Shown: positions 13,176-15,360 of the stretch, one piece after another
Layout of the letters: every line of letters starts with the position of its first letter
Position numbering within the stretch: position 1 is the first letter of the stretch
Source: Candidatus Micrarchaeaceae archaeon
Lineage (GTDB): Archaea > Micrarchaeota > Micrarchaeia > Micrarchaeales > CABMGC01
Direction: 5' to 3'
Assembly: GCA_038878295.1 (NCBI GenBank)
Contig: JAVZVY010000020.1
Location: 1 to 15,360, forward strand
Length of the DNA: 15,360 nt
Notes under the pieces: model-generated
The model's database searches: none
What the model was told of the DNA's origin: nothing
The model's input: only the letters and a program-made list of their open reading frames with translations
Position numbers and translations under genes: made by a program

Positions 13176-14318
13176 ATGGAAAATGCGTTTGAGATTCTTC
13201 CTAGGGAATTTATATCTGCGGCTAAGTTCTGCGATTATAAGACGCCTGTAATGAGAATTGTCGATGATGTAAAAAAGTTTGGAGCGGTTATAGTCACTAA
13301 GCAGGGCAGTTACTTTGGCGTTGTCGATACAAGAACAATGGCCAGGACGCAAAGATCGAAGCTTACAAAGAACTTTCCGGTAGGGAAACTCGCAGTCAGA
13401 GCGCCGCTCATTGATGAAGGCACATCAATAGAAAATGCCATATTGCACTTCCACAACACTTCGATAAAGGTTTTGCCGTATGTTGAGAAAAACAAGATAA
13501 GGGGCGTAATAAGAAGGGAGAAAATACTAAGCGCAATGCTATCGCTGCATATGCTTTCCAAGTTTAAGGTTTCTGAAGGCATGTCAGCACCAGCAATAGG
13601 GATAGACAAGAATGCTAATCTGGCGCAGGCGATAGCCATAATGCGAAGCAACAACATAAACAGGCTGCTTGTTATGGACAATAGTACGGTATTTGGCATA
13701 CTCACGTACGCTGATATAATGGGCATGCTGTCAAAACCTTCTGAAAGGATGCCGGAATCAAAATCTGAAAAGTTCTCTCTGAGCAATATAAGCGTAAGCA
13801 GTGTCTGCGCCAAGGGGGTATACAGCATAGAGCAGGAGAGCAGCATCGAGGATGCGATGAGGCAGTTCCTTGAGAAGGATATATCATCCCTGCTTGTCAC
13901 TAGAGATGGCAAGCCCACGGGCGTGATAACTGTAAATGACGTGTTTGGCGTAGCTGTGGCAAATTCAACTGCTGCTGAAAACAATATAATAATATCCGGG
14001 CTAGACGATTACACTAGGGAATACGAAGACGAGATAAGGGGAGAACTTGACAAGGTAGCAAGCAAAGTTGGGAGGTTCAACAAGCTTAAAGTCGATTCCA
14101 TAGCCTTGAACGTGAGAAGAAGAAGGGAGAGGAATTATGAGATGAAAGCCAGGGTGATGCTGAACAAGAGAGGCAGCATAATTGTTTATTCTAATGGCTA
14201 CACCATCAACGAAACCCTAAAAGATTTAGTTGATAAGATTTATAAGAAGGTAAAGACAAGGAAGGAGGAAATTGTAACCTATAAAAAATCTAAAGTTGGC
14301 GCATATGGCGAGGTATAA
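13176..14318 (+). CDS. Four-CBS-domain protein with a C-terminal HPF/RaiA-like domain; candidate archaeal ribosome hibernation factor (Hib-like)
   Basis: CBS repeats (YFGVVDTR, IRGVIRRE, INRLLVMD...VFGILTYADI, ISSLLVTRDGKPTGVITVNDV), then a basic ~100-aa domain with beta-alpha-beta-beta-beta-alpha periodicity (IIISGLD...IALNVRR...YEMKARV...IIVYSNGY.INETLKDLVDKIYKKV). ATG 13176 with GGTG RBS; 380 aa. Confidence 0.75.
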   Translation: MENAFEILPREFISAAKFCDYKTPVMRIVDDVKKFGAVIVTKQGSYFGVVDTRTMARTQRSKLTKNFPVGKLAVRAPLIDEGTSIENAILHFHNTSIKVLPYVEKNKIRGVIRREKILSAMLSLHMLSKFKVSEGMSAPAIGIDKNANLAQAIAIMRSNNINRLLVMDNSTVFGILTYADIMGMLSKPSERMPESKSEKFSLSNISVSSVCAKGVYSIEQESSIEDAMRQFLEKDISSLLVTRDGKPTGVITVNDVFGVAVANSTAAENNIIISGLDDYTREYEDEIRGELDKVASKVGRFNKLKVDSIALNVRRRRERNYEMKARVMLNKRGSIIVYSNGYTINETLKDLVDKIYKKVKTRKEEIVTYKKSKVGAYGEV

Positions 14319-14766
14319 ACTGCAGTCGAGCTTCGAGCTGCTGATTACGCTCTCGCTCGGGCTTGCTATACTGCTACCGATAGTGGTGCTTGCGTTCCTG
14401 CAGATGGCAAGCGCTACATCGTCTCTTGCAGCCATAGAATCACAGCAGGCCGCATCGAAGTTATCAAGCATAGCAACGCTCGTCGGAAGCGAGGGGCCTC
14501 CGGCAAAGCAGCTTGTTCAAATCGAGGTTCCGCCAGGAGTGCAGTATATCTATGTGGGCACTACAAATGGTGGCATAGGCCACGCAATAACATTTGTCAT
14601 AAGGTCTGGATCTGGACTCAACTATGTCACTTCTTACACGCCAGTCAACGTGAGCGGCAATCTCGGCGGGATAGTCTCTACTGGCACATACCTTGTAAAT
14701 GTGAGCGCCACATCTACATGCCCATTCCAAGCGCCAGTGCCTTGCGTATACATATCGCCTTCATAA
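14305..14766 (+). CDS. Type IV pilin-like protein with a class III signal peptide
   Basis: MARYKL-QSSFE followed by a hydrophobic helix (QxSxE pattern), then a Ser/Thr/Gly-rich beta domain with a C-terminal Cys pair. Overlaps the upstream gene by 14 nt. Confidence 0.72.
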   Translation: MARYKLQSSFELLITLSLGLAILLPIVVLAFLQMASATSSLAAIESQQAASKLSSIATLVGSEGPPAKQLVQIEVPPGVQYIYVGTTNGGIGHAITFVIRSGSGLNYVTSYTPVNVSGNLGGIVSTGTYLVNVSATSTCPFQAPVPCVYISPS

Positions 14767-14843
14767 CAAAGTTGATTTAATGCCCAATGGAAAGCCGCTG
14801 GAAAGCGTAGCATGCTGCGAAATTGCCTCAGGGTGCGGATGCA

Positions 14844-15360
14844 ATGTTTAGAAAAGCGCAGTTTTCTGTAGAGTTCATGATCGTCTTCTCATTCGTACTG
14901 CTTGTCTTCCTATTCCTCTTTGCAATGATAACTTCGCAGAGGTCGCTCGGCCTGAGCGACCAGCTCTTCTCGCAGATGCAACTCATAGCGCAAAGCATCG
15001 CATTGCAGATAAACAACGCCATAAGCGCAGGCAGCGGCTATTCAACTTCAATGCACATAGGCACGACAGTCGGGCTTGTGCCATACAACCTTACAATAAC
15101 AAAGAATGGCATGATAATAGTGAGTGCATATGTGGGCAAGCAGCTGACGCAGGCAAGGGCATATTCAATGGCAAAGAGCATAGTATCGTCGCCAAGTTTC
15201 GCGACAAGCAGCAGTCAAGCCTACTTAATGCCGATACAAAATGGCACACTTTACATACAAAATTCATATGGAACAATATGCATTGATTACAGCTGCCAAA
15301 GCCCAACGGCAAGCACGCCGCAGCATATCAGCATGACAGAACAGAATGTTCATGTGGCAA
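14844..15360 (+). CDS. Type IV pilin-like/adhesin protein with a class III signal peptide, truncated by the window end; not in the ORF track
   Basis: Manual translation: MFRKA-QFSVEFMIVFSFVLLVFLFLFAMI...IAQSIALQINNAISAGSGYSTSM... The frame is open for 172 codons to the window end. GGTG at 14832-14835. Confidence 0.78.
   Translation, partial: MFRKAQFSVEFMIVFSFVLLVFLFLFAMITSQRSLGLSDQLFSQMQLIAQSIALQINNAISAGSGYSTSMHIGTTVGLVPYNLTITKNGMIIVSAYVGKQLTQARAYSMAKSIVSSPSFATSSSQAYLMPIQNGTLYIQNSYGTICIDYSCQSPTASTPQHISMTEQNVHVA

Noticed and set aside
13310..13984. 224-aa minus-strand ORF and the other shadow ORFs in the track (e.g. 923-1333, 1481-1897, 5622-5915, 8714-9166)
   Set aside because: They lie antisense to or out of frame within well-supported genes and have no recognisable motifs.
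14780..14851. 23-aa Cys-rich mini-ORF MPNGKPLESVACCEIASGCGCNV and a short TGGAAAGC direct repeat
   Set aside because: No RBS or recognisable family, it overlaps the next gene's RBS and start, and it is consistent with chance.
1..15360. CRISPR array, rRNA, or selenocysteine/pyrrolysine read-through
   Set aside because: No regularly spaced repeats or rRNA motifs were seen. MsrA and MsrB have ordinary Cys codons, and no gene needs stop read-through.

Overview
Archaeal chromosomal window, most likely DPANN/Micrarchaeota-like. This is an inference from GGTG ribosome-binding sites, AT-rich TATA boxes, intron-containing tRNAs without encoded CCA, a divergent archaeal-type ProRS and QxSxE pilin-like proteins. 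In order: tRNA-Gln(TTG); AlaX editing protein; a minus-strand proline cluster (YbaK/ProX-like deacylase, HAD hydrolase, proline dehydrogenase, ProRS); tRNA-Trp(CCA) with a 74-nt intron carrying a C/D guide for Cm34; an RHH-MNT/HEPN toxin-antitoxin pair; a Sec61beta gene missed by the ORF track; two radical SAM genes; a YdeN hydrolase-msrB-msrA operon; tRNA-Ile(GAT) with an 18-nt intron; a Nudix-uracil-DNA-glycosylase fusion with non-canonical UDG motifs; an exosortase/archaeosortase-family protein; a free-standing double-guide C/D sRNA; tRNA-Cys(GCA) with a T-loop (59/60) intron; a CBS plus HPF-like candidate ribosome hibernation factor; and two class III signal peptide pilin-like genes, the last running off the window. 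No CRISPR array, integrase or transposase was seen. All protein calls come from motif recognition by eye; no database search was run.
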